Positions 10,332 through 19,580 of a stretch of 57,274 nt of DNA are shown here, in pieces. The position numbers and the translations under genes are program-made. Every line of letters begins with the position of its first letter. Positions within the stretch are counted from its first letter, which is position 1. The notes beneath the pieces were generated by a model. That model saw nothing but the letters and a program-made list of their open reading frames with translations, searched no databases and was not told the origin of the DNA. Origin of the DNA: Oscillospiraceae bacterium (GTDB lineage Bacteria > Bacillota > Clostridia > Oscillospirales > Ruminococcaceae); contig JAGAUG010000085.1 of assembly GCA_017828935.1 (NCBI GenBank), forward strand, positions 1 through 57,274, in the 5' to 3' direction.

Positions 10332-10418
10332 ATAAATAATTAGAATAAAAAATAATACATATAAAATAATTTTGTGTTAAAATATTCTAGAAAATAAAAA
10401 ATATAGGAGTGATTAAAA

Positions 10419-11504
10419 ATGAATAATTCAAAAAAATTACCATTGGCTGTTATGTCAAGTGCGGCGCTAGCGTCGATATTTTCTGTAAATTTTGTTTTAG
10501 CGACGGAATTAAATAATACAAAATCAAATTTAGAATTGACAGAAACTGGGAACAATTTTAGGCTTACTGGGTTAACCGAGTCAACTCTAAAAGAAAACTT
10601 GAAAAATAGTTTAACTATCGAAGGAATACAGGTAGTAGAGTTAAGTGAAGAATATAAAGAAAAAACTAACGTAAAAGTAAATCTTGGAGAAGATAAGGCA
10701 AGTAAAGAGTACATAGTATGTTATATTACAGGTGAAAAAGTAAAAGAAAGTGAGCTCAAAATAGTAGAAGAAAAAATAAAGACCGGAAAAGAAGGAGAAA
10801 TAATATTTGTAACAGATCACAGGGCATATTTTATATTAGTACCATATAGTGATGAAAACTTATCAAAGTTAAAACAAAACGGTTCGGGAGCGATAACGGA
10901 AACAGAGCCAAGTTTGTCGTTTAGTGATCCATACTCTAATACGGCGTTAGGCGGAGAGAAAACGAGCATTAATTCTTCGTTAGCAACGTATGTAGATCAA
11001 AATGGGATAGAATATAAGTTGAATCACGAAGATAAAACAGCGACACTTGTTAAAGTTATAGATAAAGATGTAGCACCAGCAGAACTAACAATAGGAACAG
11101 TAAATGTTAATGGGGTAGAGTATAGTGTTAGAACAATCAGTTTGTCAGCATTCGAGGGATGTAAAGTATTAAAGAACTTAGTTGTCGAAAGTAATGTAGA
11201 AACTGTATTGGCTTCGGCGTTTAAAGATTGCAGCAAATTGGAAACTCTAGAAATTGGAGCTGCAAGAGTGAATGATTTGGCGTTTTATGGATGCGCTAAT
11301 CTAAAAACAGTCACTATAAAAGATGGTGTAAAGACAATAGGTAAGTCAGTATTTAGAGGATGTAATATAAAAAAGATAACAATACCTAATAGTGTAAAGA
11401 AAATAGATGAAGATGCTTTTATGGCCGTAGAAATAGAGTTACCAGAAAATAAAAATTATATAAAAAAAATGGAGAAGTATATTCTTCAAAAAATTATAAC
11501 TTAG
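10419..11504 (+). CDS. BspA-type leucine-rich-repeat surface protein, N-terminal part of a frameshifted gene
   Basis: Signal peptide (MNNSKKLPLAVMSSAALASIFSVNFVLA). LRR_5/BspA-type repeats (SAFEGCKVLKNLVV..., AFKDCSKLETLEI, IPNSVKKIDEDAF). The ORF stops 12 codons after an A8 run. Confidence 0.8.
   Translation: MNNSKKLPLAVMSSAALASIFSVNFVLATELNNTKSNLELTETGNNFRLTGLTESTLKENLKNSLTIEGIQVVELSEEYKEKTNVKVNLGEDKASKEYIVCYITGEKVKESELKIVEEKIKTGKEGEIIFVTDHRAYFILVPYSDENLSKLKQNGSGAITETEPSLSFSDPYSNTALGGEKTSINSSLATYVDQNGIEYKLNHEDKTATLVKVIDKDVAPAELTIGTVNVNGVEYSVRTISLSAFEGCKVLKNLVVESNVETVLASAFKDCSKLETLEIGAARVNDLAFYGCANLKTVTIKDGVKTIGKSVFRGCNIKKITIPNSVKKIDEDAFMAVEIELPENKNYIKKMEKYILQKIIT
11462..11469 (+). repeat. 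A8 homopolymer at the frameshift point of the LRR gene
   Basis: t-aaaaaaaa-t. One extra A joins 10419-11504 to the frame that is open from 11453 to 12721. Confidence 0.9.
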
Positions 11505-11551
11505 GGACTGAATTACTATATCTAAAAAAAGATAACGAATTTACAGAAGAA

Positions 11552-12721
11552 GTGTTCGATAATATTAATAGATATGAAGTAAGCGGGATTTATAATTCTG
11601 GATTTAAAACGTATGTACAAGATGGTATACGATATGTAAGAACAGGTAAAGATACTGCGAGAGTAATTGATAAAGACAAAACAGGTATTAAAAATTTAGA
11701 GATCCCAAAAGTTATAAAAATATTCGAAGAAGAAGAGGGAATTGATCTTAATATAACAGAAATAGGAGAATTAGTGTTTAATTATTATTCAGGGTTAGAG
11801 ACAATAAAAATACCAAATAGTGTAAAAATTATTGATAGAAAAGCTTTTTCAGGATGTAAAGATCTAAAAGAAGTAGTTATTGAATCTGACGATGTAATTA
11901 TTCACAGCATGGCGTTTGCAAGCTGTCCGAGTTTAGAAAAATTGACAATAAAAGGTCTAGGAACTAAAAAAGTATTAAAACATGCGTTTTTTGATTCTCC
12001 AAAAATAGAGCTTTTGACAGAATATGAGTACGAAGATGTAAAGATGTTAAATAGCGAAACAGCGATAGAAATTACAAGAGAGGAGTTTTTAAGAGGACCG
12101 AAGACAGACGTAGAGATGAGAGTTAGTTTTAAAAACGGAACGCCATATACTGAAAATAATATAAAATATAAATTATATGACAATAAGACGGCCGTAATTG
12201 TTGGAGTTGAAGATAGAGAACAGCTCGTAGAAGTATTAGAAATACCTGAGTTAGTAGGTAATAATTTTACTGTTACTACTATTTCAACAAAGGCCTTTGA
12301 AGGTTGTCAGAATCTAAAAAAGATTGTAATTCCAAAGACAGTAAGAGAGATAGGGGAAAAGGCGTTCTTAAACTGTAACGGAGTAATAGACATAATTGTT
12401 TCAGGTGATATTGAAGTTATAAAACCAAGGACATTTGAGCAATGTATGAAATTAAAGACAGTATCATTTGACGGTGTGGTTGGACAAATAAGTAAAGACG
12501 CATTTTATTATTGTACAGAACTAACAGAAGTTTATTTAAAATCAGATGGAACGATATCCAAAGGAGCTTTTAGTGCTTGTTCTAAGATAAAAATCGAACT
12601 TCCAGGAAATAAAGCGGCGTTCAAAGATGAATCTGGTATTGAGATTTACGGCGAAGAAGATGATGATGAGAGTTTTTCAAACGGTCCAAGCCAAGATGTA
12701 TATATAAGAGATAAGAGATAA
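11552..12721 (+). CDS. BspA-type leucine-rich-repeat protein, C-terminal part of the same frameshifted gene
   Basis: More LRR_5 repeats (IPNSVKIIDRKAFSGCKDLKEVVI, ISTKAFEGCQNLKKIVIPKTVREIGEKAF). This frame is already open from 11453. The track's GTG start at 11552 has no convincing Shine-Dalgarno and no signal peptide. Confidence 0.75.
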   Translation: MFDNINRYEVSGIYNSGFKTYVQDGIRYVRTGKDTARVIDKDKTGIKNLEIPKVIKIFEEEEGIDLNITEIGELVFNYYSGLETIKIPNSVKIIDRKAFSGCKDLKEVVIESDDVIIHSMAFASCPSLEKLTIKGLGTKKVLKHAFFDSPKIELLTEYEYEDVKMLNSETAIEITREEFLRGPKTDVEMRVSFKNGTPYTENNIKYKLYDNKTAVIVGVEDREQLVEVLEIPELVGNNFTVTTISTKAFEGCQNLKKIVIPKTVREIGEKAFLNCNGVIDIIVSGDIEVIKPRTFEQCMKLKTVSFDGVVGQISKDAFYYCTELTEVYLKSDGTISKGAFSACSKIKIELPGNKAAFKDESGIEIYGEEDDDESFSNGPSQDVYIRDKR

Positions 12722-12772
12722 ATATATAAAATAATTTTTAATTGTCTTTGAGTAAATTTTTTGAAATATTAG

Positions 12773-12801
12773 TTGACAAATATTTATTATTATGTTATTA
12801 T
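12773..12801 (+). promoter_or_regulatory. Promoter of the rimP-nusA-infB operon
   Basis: TTGACA, 17-nt spacer, TATTAT. Confidence 0.4.
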
Positions 12802-12823
12802 TATAATAAAGTTTGTATTTTTT

Positions 12824-12870
12824 CGGAAGAGTGGGGAAATCTCACTCTTTCGTTTATTATTATTATTATT
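12824..12870 (+). promoter_or_regulatory. Leader hairpin with an interrupted U-tract (candidate attenuator) upstream of rimP
   Basis: A 10-bp stem (cggaagagtg / cactctttcg, with one G-U) and a 9-nt loop, then tttattattattattatttt. It lies between the promoter and the rimP Shine-Dalgarno. Confidence 0.4.
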
Positions 12871-12919
12871 TTAAATATAAAATAAATATAAAATAAATAT
12901 AAAACGGAGGAGCTTTATT

Positions 12920-13393
12920 TTGGCTAATAAAAAAAATACGGTTGAGATTGTTTTAGATATTATAAAACCCGTTGCTGACGAGATGAATTTAAAAATTTGG
13001 GACGTTAGATTTGAAAAAGAAGGTCCAAATTGGTTTTTAAAAATATTTATAGACAAAGAAAAAGGTGTTGATATTAACGACTGTGAAAATTTCAGTAGAA
13101 AAATTGACCCTATCTTAGACGAAGTTGACCCAATTGAACAAAGCTATTATTTAGAAGTTTCCTCGCCGGGCGTTGAAAGAGAACTTATAAAAGATTGGCA
13201 TATAAAAAAATATATTGGGCAAGATGTAAATATAAAATTTATCAGGCCTATAAATAATATTAAAGAAATAGTTGCTCGGCTTGTTAGTTTTGAAGATAAT
13301 ATTATAACGATTATTTTAAAAGACGGTTCTCAGCTATCTTTTGATAAAAAAGAAGCTGCTATTATAAAATTAAACTTTGATTTTAATAAATAA
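12920..13393 (+). CDS. rimP: Ribosome maturation factor RimP
   Basis: TTG start after GGAGGAG. RimP-type sequence (YLEVSSPGVERELI) in the conserved position before nusA. Confidence 0.9.
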   Translation: MANKKNTVEIVLDIIKPVADEMNLKIWDVRFEKEGPNWFLKIFIDKEKGVDINDCENFSRKIDPILDEVDPIEQSYYLEVSSPGVERELIKDWHIKKYIGQDVNIKFIRPINNIKEIVARLVSFEDNIITIILKDGSQLSFDKKEAAIIKLNFDFNK

Positions 13394-13420
13394 AAATATT
13401 TATGAGGTGGACTAAAAAAA

Positions 13421-14656
13421 ATGAATAACGAATTTTTCGATGCGCTAAGATTATTAGAGCAAGAAAAAAAGATTAATTTAACAGAGCTAGTCGAAAGAAT
13501 AAAAAATGCAATAGCTGTTGCTATAAAAAAAGACTACGGAAATGTAGCTAACGTTTCTATTGAGCTCGATATAGAAAAAAATATTTTTGCTGTTTTTATT
13601 ATAAAAAACGTTGTTGAAAAAGTTGAAGATGATATTAACGAAATTTCTATCGAAGAAGCTAAAAAATATGATGTTAACGCTAGGGTTGGGTATCCTGTTA
13701 TGATAAAGCTTAACCCAAAACAATTTGGAAGGATAGCAGCTTTATCAGCGAAGCACGTAATTAAACAGGGAATAAGAGACGGCGAGAGAAATAGAGTTTA
13801 TGATAGCTTAAAAGATAAAGAAGATCTTGTTGTGTCAGCTATTGTTACTAAGATAGATCCTCAAAAAAATAATGTTTCTTTGATGATAGGTTCTTCAGAA
13901 GTTATCTTACCGAGATCGGAACAAATTCCGGGGGAAGTATTTGTCGAAGGAGATGTAATCAAAGTTTATATCGCGCAAGTAACAAAAACCGAAAGAGGAC
14001 CTAAGATTTTAATATCGAGAATACATCCCGACTTAGTAAAAAAATTATTTGAGATGGAAATACCTGAGATAAAAAATAATATTATAGAAATAAAGTCGAT
14101 AGCTAGAGAAGAGGGTTCGAGAACGAAAGTAGCAGTTTATAGTAGTAACCCAGATATAGATCCAGTTGGGTCTTGTGTTGGAGCTAAGGGAATAAGAATT
14201 AATAAAATTGTTAGCGAACTCGGTGGCGAAAAAATAGACGTAATAAAATATAGTGATGACTTTGTTGAATATATTTCTAACGCGCTGGCTCCGGCGACAA
14301 TCAAATGTGTTATTGCTGATCCTTGTGTTGAAAAATCTTGCTATGTTATTGTTGATAATAATCAACTTTCTTTAGCTATCGGAAACAGAGGCCAAAACGT
14401 TAGACTGTCAGCTAAGCTAACAGGTTGGAAAATTGATATAAAACCTGAAGAGGCTCTAGAGAAAATCAGAGAAAAAATAGAGAAAAAAAGACTAGAGTTA
14501 GAGAAACAAAATCAAGACAAAATACAAGAAGATAATATAGATAATTCAGAAGAGCTAGTATTTGATTTTGATAAAGAGACACAAGGAGATAATATAGATA
14601 ATTCAGAAGAGCTGGTATTTGATTTTGATAAAGAGACTCAAGAAATACAAGATTAA
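13421..14656 (+). CDS. nusA: Transcription termination/antitermination factor NusA
   Basis: NusA N-terminal domain, S1 and two KH domains (GSCVGAKGIRINKIVSELGGEKIDVI; IGNRGQNVRLSAKLTGWKIDI). The acidic C-terminal tail carries a 19-aa tandem duplication. Confidence 0.95.
   Translation: MNNEFFDALRLLEQEKKINLTELVERIKNAIAVAIKKDYGNVANVSIELDIEKNIFAVFIIKNVVEKVEDDINEISIEEAKKYDVNARVGYPVMIKLNPKQFGRIAALSAKHVIKQGIRDGERNRVYDSLKDKEDLVVSAIVTKIDPQKNNVSLMIGSSEVILPRSEQIPGEVFVEGDVIKVYIAQVTKTERGPKILISRIHPDLVKKLFEMEIPEIKNNIIEIKSIAREEGSRTKVAVYSSNPDIDPVGSCVGAKGIRINKIVSELGGEKIDVIKYSDDFVEYISNALAPATIKCVIADPCVEKSCYVIVDNNQLSLAIGNRGQNVRLSAKLTGWKIDIKPEEALEKIREKIEKKRLELEKQNQDKIQEDNIDNSEELVFDFDKETQGDNIDNSEELVFDFDKETQEIQD
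14531..14644 (+). repeat. 57-bp in-frame tandem duplication in the NusA tail
   Basis: 14531-14587 and 14588-14644 are 54/57 identical. Both encode DNIDNSEELVFDFDKETQ(G/E). Confidence 0.9.
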
Positions 14657-14689
14657 AATAAAAAAATCAAGAAAGATTTTTATTAAGTT

Positions 14690-14899
14690 ATGAAAGATAA
14701 AGATAAAAAACAAAATAAAATATTGCCAATTAGAATGTGTTGTGTTTGTCGGAAACACAAACAAAAAAATGAGCTAAACAAATTTGTAATTAAAGACAAT
14801 GATATTATTTTTGATAAGTTTTATAAAGAATTCGGGCGAGGAGCATATATATGTAAAGATGTTTGTTGCTTGAAAAAGCTAAAAAACAAAAGTCTTTAA
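14690..14899 (+). CDS. ylxR: YlxR/RnpM (DUF448) RNA-binding protein, apparently truncated by a frameshift in an A6 run
   Basis: PIRMCCVCRKHKQKNEL...GRGAYIC is the DUF448 core. The expected C-terminal KKxxLxRALR segment is encoded in the adjacent frame, running to 14973. Confidence 0.75.
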   Translation: MKDKDKKQNKILPIRMCCVCRKHKQKNELNKFVIKDNDIIFDKFYKEFGRGAYICKDVCCLKKLKNKSL

Positions 14900-14962
14900 A
14901 TAGAGCTCTTAGATTTAATGTTACTGACAATAGATATGATAAACTAAAAGAGACAGTTTTTT

Positions 14963-15274
14963 ATGATAACTAATAAATTAATAACATACATATCGTTTGC
15001 TAAAAAATCAGGTTCGTTAAATTTGGGCTTTGATTCTGTTAAGTTTTCTATCTTGTCAAGAAAATCTAATTTAGTTTTGTTTCTTAGCGACGCCTCAGAA
15101 AAGACAAAAAAACAAATAAAAAGACTGGCTGATATTAATAATATTAATTGTCTAAATTTGAATTTAAGTTCACAAGATCTAATAAAATTTTTTTATAAAA
15201 AAGTTGTTGTAATTTCTATTGACGATAAAAATTTATCGTCAGCTATATTTAATTTAATAAATAATAATTTTTAA
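14963..15274 (+). CDS. ylxQ: L7Ae/L30e-family RNA-binding protein YlxQ
   Basis: 103 aa with (F)AKKSGSLNLGFDSV...LVLFLSDASEKTKKQI, typical of YlxQ. Conserved position between ylxR and infB. Confidence 0.8.
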   Translation: MITNKLITYISFAKKSGSLNLGFDSVKFSILSRKSNLVLFLSDASEKTKKQIKRLADINNINCLNLNLSSQDLIKFFYKKVVVISIDDKNLSSAIFNLINNNF

Positions 15275-15305
15275 AAAAAATAATAACTAAGGAGATAGAT
15301 ATATA

Positions 15306-18074
15306 TTGATAAAACGTAAGATATATGAGGTAGCTAAAGACATAAATAAAACTAGTAAAGAGATAATTAATTTTTTAAATGAATTTTCGCCTTCTGAAAC
15401 TAATAGAAAGCACAATAGTTCGATTTTTGAAAACGAAATTAATCTTGTTTTAGAGTATTTTTCTAAAGACGACAAAGTAGATAATATTCAAGATTATTTA
15501 GTTAAGAATAATATAAATAATACAGAAGAAAAAAATAAAGAAAAATTAGATTCTAAATCAAAAAATTTAGAGACAGAGAAATCTAAAAATAATAAAAAAG
15601 ATGATAAAATAAATAATCAAAAAAATAATAAAAATAATACACAAGAAAATCAAGTAAATAAATTTAATAATAAAAATAATACACAAGAAAATCAAGTAAA
15701 TAAATTTAATAATAAAAATAATATACAAGAAAATCAAGTAAATAAATTTAATAACAAAAATAATACACGAGAAAATCAAGTAAATAAATTTAATAACAAA
15801 AATAATACACAAGAAAATCAAGTAAATAAATTTAATAATAAAAATAATAATCAAAATAAAAAAGAACATAATTTTAGAAATAATAAAAACGAATCTCTAG
15901 ACATAAAAAATAATAATAAGTTTAATAATAAAAACGAGAATAAAAATAATTTCGATAGAAAGAATTTTAATAGAAAGTTAGATAATAATAAAAAGTTAGA
16001 GGTTATACAAGACAAAAAAAATATTATTAATCTTGAAGTTAAGTCTTGGGATCAAAATAAAAAACAGCCGGAAAAAAATAATAATAAAAAATTACAAAAA
16101 AAACAAGTTACCGCTAAGACTGTTGATATGAGGACTTCTGATGTTAACTTAGATAAATATAATGAAAAGTATGAACAGATGGCTTCTCAAAAATCTTCTG
16201 TTGAATATTCTAAAAAACAAAAAATAAATCAAAAGTCTAATCAAAGAAATAAACAGCAATTTAATAAAAAAGAGTCTGAAGCTGAAAAACTAAAAAGATT
16301 AGAAGAACAAAGAAAGAAAACAAGACCATCTAAGATAGTAATTCCTGAAGAACTTGTTGTTGGAGAGCTTGCTTCGAAACTAAAAGTTCCAGCAGCTCAA
16401 GTTATTAAAAAATTATTAATTTTAGGCGTTATTGCTAATGTTAGTCAGACAATAGATTATAATACGGCTAGCTTGATTGCTCAAGAATTTGATGTTGAAT
16501 GTGAAAAAGAAGTTGTTATAACGATTGAGGAGCGCTTGTTTGACGAGACTGAAGATAAAAAAGAAGATTTGTTGCCCAGAAGTCCAGTTGTTGTTGTTAT
16601 GGGCCACGTTGACCACGGAAAGACATCGCTTCTAGACGCGATAAGAGACGCCGACGTTATTTCGACAGAAGCCGGCGGAATTACTCAGCACATAGGTGCT
16701 TACAGAGTTTGTATAAACGATAGTTATATTACGTTTTTAGATACGCCTGGCCACGAAGCTTTTACGTCGATGAGAGCCAGAGGTGCCCAAATAACAGATA
16801 TTGCGATTTTAGTTGTTGCGGCCGACGACGGGATTATGCCTCAAACTATCGAAGCAATAAACCACGCTAAGGCTGCAGGAGTTTCGATTATTGTAGCTAT
16901 TAATAAGATAGATAAACCAGGAGCTAATGTCGATAAAGTAAAACAAGCGTTAATGGATCACGAGTTAATCCCTGAAGAGTGGGGTGGAGACGTTATATGT
17001 GTTCCTATTTCGGCTAAAAAACGAGAAAATATAAATACTCTTTTAGAAATGGTTTCTCTTGTTGCTGAAGTTAAGGATTTAAAAGCTAATCCTAATAGAC
17101 TAGCGAAAGGAACTGTTATAGAAGCAAGGCTTGATAAAGGTCGTGGACCTGTTGCTACTGTTTTGGTTCAAAACGGAACTCTAAAGCGCGGAGATATAAT
17201 AATAGCGGGAACTTCTATCGGAAAAGTTAGAGTTATGAGAGATGAACACAGCAATAGAATAGAAACGGCTGGTCCGTCTGTTCCGGTTGAAATAACAGGT
17301 TTGTCGGAAGTACCTTCGGCCGGAGACGTATTTAACGCAGTTGAGAACGAAAAGCTAGCTAAAGAGCTTGTTGATAAGCGTAAACATGACATCAAACAAG
17401 AAAAATTTAATTCTTATCAAAAAGTTACGTTGGATAATTTATTTTCTCAAATTTCTCAAGGTGAGATGAAAGAATTATTAATTATAGTTAAAGCTGATGT
17501 TAACGGTTCAGTTGAAGCTATAAAACAATCGCTCGAAAAATTATCTAATCAAGAAGTTAGAGTTAAAGTAATTCATGGCGGTGTTGGAGCTATTAATAAA
17601 TCAGACGTTGGGTTAGCTACAGCTTCTAACGCAATTATAGTTGGATTTAACGTCAGACCAGACGCAGTCGCTAAGCAATTAGCAGAAATTAATCAAACTG
17701 ATATAAGATTATATAGAGTTATATACGACGCTATCGAAGAAATAAAATCTGCAATGAAGGGGATGCTTGCTCCTAAAACAAGAGAAGTTGATTTAGGTAG
17801 AGCCGAAATTAGAAAAGTTTATAAAATATCTAATATCGGAACAGTTGCTGGGTGCTACGTCTTAGACGGAAAAATTTTAAGAAATAGCAAGATAAGAGTT
17901 GTTAGAGACGGAATAATTATTTCAGACGACGAAATTAGGTCTTTAAGACGTGTAAAAGACGACGTTAAAGAAGTTGCTACTGGTTTTGAGTGCGGAATCG
18001 CGCTTGAAAAATTTGCGGACATAAAAGAAGGCGACATATTAGAAAGCTATATTATCGAAGAATATAGAGATTAA
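15306..18074 (+). CDS. infB: Translation initiation factor IF-2
   Basis: TTG start. IF2_N domain ([19 protein letters not shown]), G-domain motifs ([21 protein letters not shown]), and a long N/K-rich repetitive linker. Confidence 0.97.
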   Translation: MIKRKIYEVAKDINKTSKEIINFLNEFSPSETNRKHNSSIFENEINLVLEYFSKDDKVDNIQDYLVKNNINNTEEKNKEKLDSKSKNLETEKSKNNKKDDKINNQKNNKNNTQENQVNKFNNKNNTQENQVNKFNNKNNIQENQVNKFNNKNNTRENQVNKFNNKNNTQENQVNKFNNKNNNQNKKEHNFRNNKNESLDIKNNNKFNNKNENKNNFDRKNFNRKLDNNKKLEVIQDKKNIINLEVKSWDQNKKQPEKNNNKKLQKKQVTAKTVDMRTSDVNLDKYNEKYEQMASQKSSVEYSKKQKINQKSNQRNKQQFNKKESEAEKLKRLEEQRKKTRPSKIVIPEELVVGELASKLKVPAAQVIKKLLILGVIANVSQTIDYNTASLIAQEFDVECEKEVVITIEERLFDETEDKKEDLLPRSPVVVVMGHVDHGKTSLLDAIRDADVISTEAGGITQHIGAYRVCINDSYITFLDTPGHEAFTSMRARGAQITDIAILVVAADDGIMPQTIEAINHAKAAGVSIIVAINKIDKPGANVDKVKQALMDHELIPEEWGGDVICVPISAKKRENINTLLEMVSLVAEVKDLKANPNRLAKGTVIEARLDKGRGPVATVLVQNGTLKRGDIIIAGTSIGKVRVMRDEHSNRIETAGPSVPVEITGLSEVPSAGDVFNAVENEKLAKELVDKRKHDIKQEKFNSYQKVTLDNLFSQISQGEMKELLIIVKADVNGSVEAIKQSLEKLSNQEVRVKVIHGGVGAINKSDVGLATASNAIIVGFNVRPDAVAKQLAEINQTDIRLYRVIYDAIEEIKSAMKGMLAPKTREVDLGRAEIRKVYKISNIGTVAGCYVLDGKILRNSKIRVVRDGIIISDDEIRSLRRVKDDVKEVATGFECGIALEKFADIKEGDILESYIIEEYRD
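15624..15833 (+). repeat. Five in-frame 42-bp tandem repeats in the IF-2 N-terminal linker
   Basis: Unit aataataaaaataatacacaagaaaatcaagtaaataaattt encodes [14 protein letters not shown]. Five copies carry a few substitutions (T/I, Q/R), followed by a degenerate partial copy. Confidence 0.9.
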
Positions 18075-18128
18075 AGATTAAAAATTAAAAATTTTTAAAA
18101 TTATAAAAATAAGAGAAGTGTTGATAAG

Positions 18129-18464
18129 ATGCCAAGTTATAAAATAGACAGGGTTTGTGAAGATTTAAAACGAGAGATAACAGATATATTGCGCCAAATA
18201 AAAGACCCGAGGGTTAGAAACCAAATTTTAACTGTTGTTAATTTAAATTTAACTCGAGATATGTCTTTCGCTAAAATATATATCAGTTCGATGGACGGTC
18301 AAAAAGGAGCTGAGCGGGCTGTTGAAGGTCTTAAATCAGCTAAGGGTCTTATAAAACGAGAGATCGCCCATCGCCTCGATATTAGAAAGATTCCAGAACT
18401 CGAGTTTATTCCAGATAATTCCGTTGAGGATACTATAAATTTGTTTAAAAAACTAGAAAAATAA
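18129..18464 (+). CDS. rbfA: Ribosome-binding factor A
   Basis: 111 aa. RbfA-type sequence (R..RV.E.LKREI..IL....KDPR) immediately downstream of infB. Confidence 0.9.
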   Translation: MPSYKIDRVCEDLKREITDILRQIKDPRVRNQILTVVNLNLTRDMSFAKIYISSMDGQKGAERAVEGLKSAKGLIKREIAHRLDIRKIPELEFIPDNSVEDTINLFKKLEK

Positions 18465-18482
18465 TAAATTATAATATAGCTC

Positions 18483-18511
18483 TTGCAATTTTTTTGTATT
18501 TAATATATAAT
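18483..18511 (+). promoter_or_regulatory. Promoter of the pspA-orf109-lemA-M48 operon
   Basis: TTGCAA, 17-nt spacer, TATAAT. It sits 38 nt upstream of the pspA ATG. Confidence 0.45.
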
Positions 18512-18548
18512 TATATTATAATAATTCAAATAATAGAGGTGTATTAAT

Positions 18549-19229
18549 ATGGGTATTTTTTCAAAGATTTCGAATATTTTAAAAGGCTACGCCAACTCAG
18601 CAGTTGAATCACTTGAAGATCCTAAAATCGTTTTAGAGCAATTACTAAGAGACTTAGAAAACGTTAGAAAAGAAACAACAAGTGCTGTTGCAGATTGTAT
18701 GGCAGAATCTAGAAGACTTAAAGATCTTTCTGATGAATCTAAAAAACAATCAGAAATCTGGCACTCAAGAGCAGTTAACGCTCTTAAAGCTGGGAACGAA
18801 CAGGACGCTAAGGACGCGCTGGCTCAAGAGAATAAATATCAAAGCCAGCATCAGTCTTTATTAAAAAATTTTGAGTCCCAACAAGAGCAAGTAAAAATTT
18901 TAAAATCAAATCTAGAAGAGATCGAAACAAGAATTTCGGACGCAAAGCGAAAGAAAGAAAATATAGTTGCTCAAGACAAGGTAAATAAAGCGAACGAAAA
19001 AGTTTCCAAAGTTTTATCGAATGCTTCCAAAACTAATATTTATGAGAGTCTAAACAGAATGGAAGAGAAAGTTCAAACTTCTAAACGAAAGATAGAGTCG
19101 CTAAGAGAGCTTGAAAAAAACGATATAGAGTCTAGATTTGAAAAATACGACAAGGAATCTGTTGACGACGATTTAGAAGCTCTTAAATCAGAAGTTTTTG
19201 GCCAAAGCTCAAAAAAAGATGGTGAGTAA
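18549..19229 (+). CDS. pspA: PspA/IM30 (phage-shock protein A / Vipp1) family protein
   Basis: N-terminus MGIFSKISNILKGYANSAVESLEDPKIVLEQLLRDLE matches the PspA/IM30 N-terminal amphipathic helix and first coiled coil. The rest is long heptad-rich helix. Confidence 0.88.
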   Translation: MGIFSKISNILKGYANSAVESLEDPKIVLEQLLRDLENVRKETTSAVADCMAESRRLKDLSDESKKQSEIWHSRAVNALKAGNEQDAKDALAQENKYQSQHQSLLKNFESQQEQVKILKSNLEEIETRISDAKRKKENIVAQDKVNKANEKVSKVLSNASKTNIYESLNRMEEKVQTSKRKIESLRELEKNDIESRFEKYDKESVDDDLEALKSEVFGQSSKKDGE

Positions 19230-19232
19230 ATT

Positions 19233-19562
19233 ATGAGTGATGATAATAGACTTGTGTCGTTACCTGAATATATTAGCGATAGCGACAGAGACGAAGCTTA
19301 TTATTTTATAAAGATGCTTTTAGAATCTTTAGCGCTGAAGTTAGATACAAAAACAGGCGTTATTGACGGTTTTAAAGTTGTTTTGACTTATAATAAAACA
19401 AAATTAAAAAGAGAATCAGATCTTAAAATCGATTATAATAATAAGTTATATTCTTTAAAATTTCTTCACTCTAAGTTAAATCACTATAGTGATCTAGAAA
19501 CTAATTTTTTAGTTGCTTTTGTTTTAAATCACAAAAAACAAATAGAAGATTTTATAATATAA
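19233..19562 (+). CDS. Hypothetical 109-aa protein, translationally coupled to pspA
   Basis: Starts 4 nt after the pspA stop. I recognise no family, and it has no transmembrane segment or signal peptide. Confidence 0.55.
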   Translation: MSDDNRLVSLPEYISDSDRDEAYYFIKMLLESLALKLDTKTGVIDGFKVVLTYNKTKLKRESDLKIDYNNKLYSLKFLHSKLNHYSDLETNFLVAFVLNHKKQIEDFII

Positions 19563-19580
19563 ATTAAAAATAATAGAGAG

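Noticed and set aside
15567-15869. A 100-aa minus-strand ORF (I/F/L-rich), and the regular 42-bp repeats that could suggest a CRISPR-like array.
   Set aside because: The repeats are contiguous with no unique spacers. They are in frame within infB and encode its N/K-rich linker. The antisense ORF is just the complement of AAT/AAA-rich codons.
18682-18864. A 60-aa plus-strand ORF inside pspA, in another frame.
   Set aside because: It is nested in a well-supported coiled-coil gene and has no independent signals.
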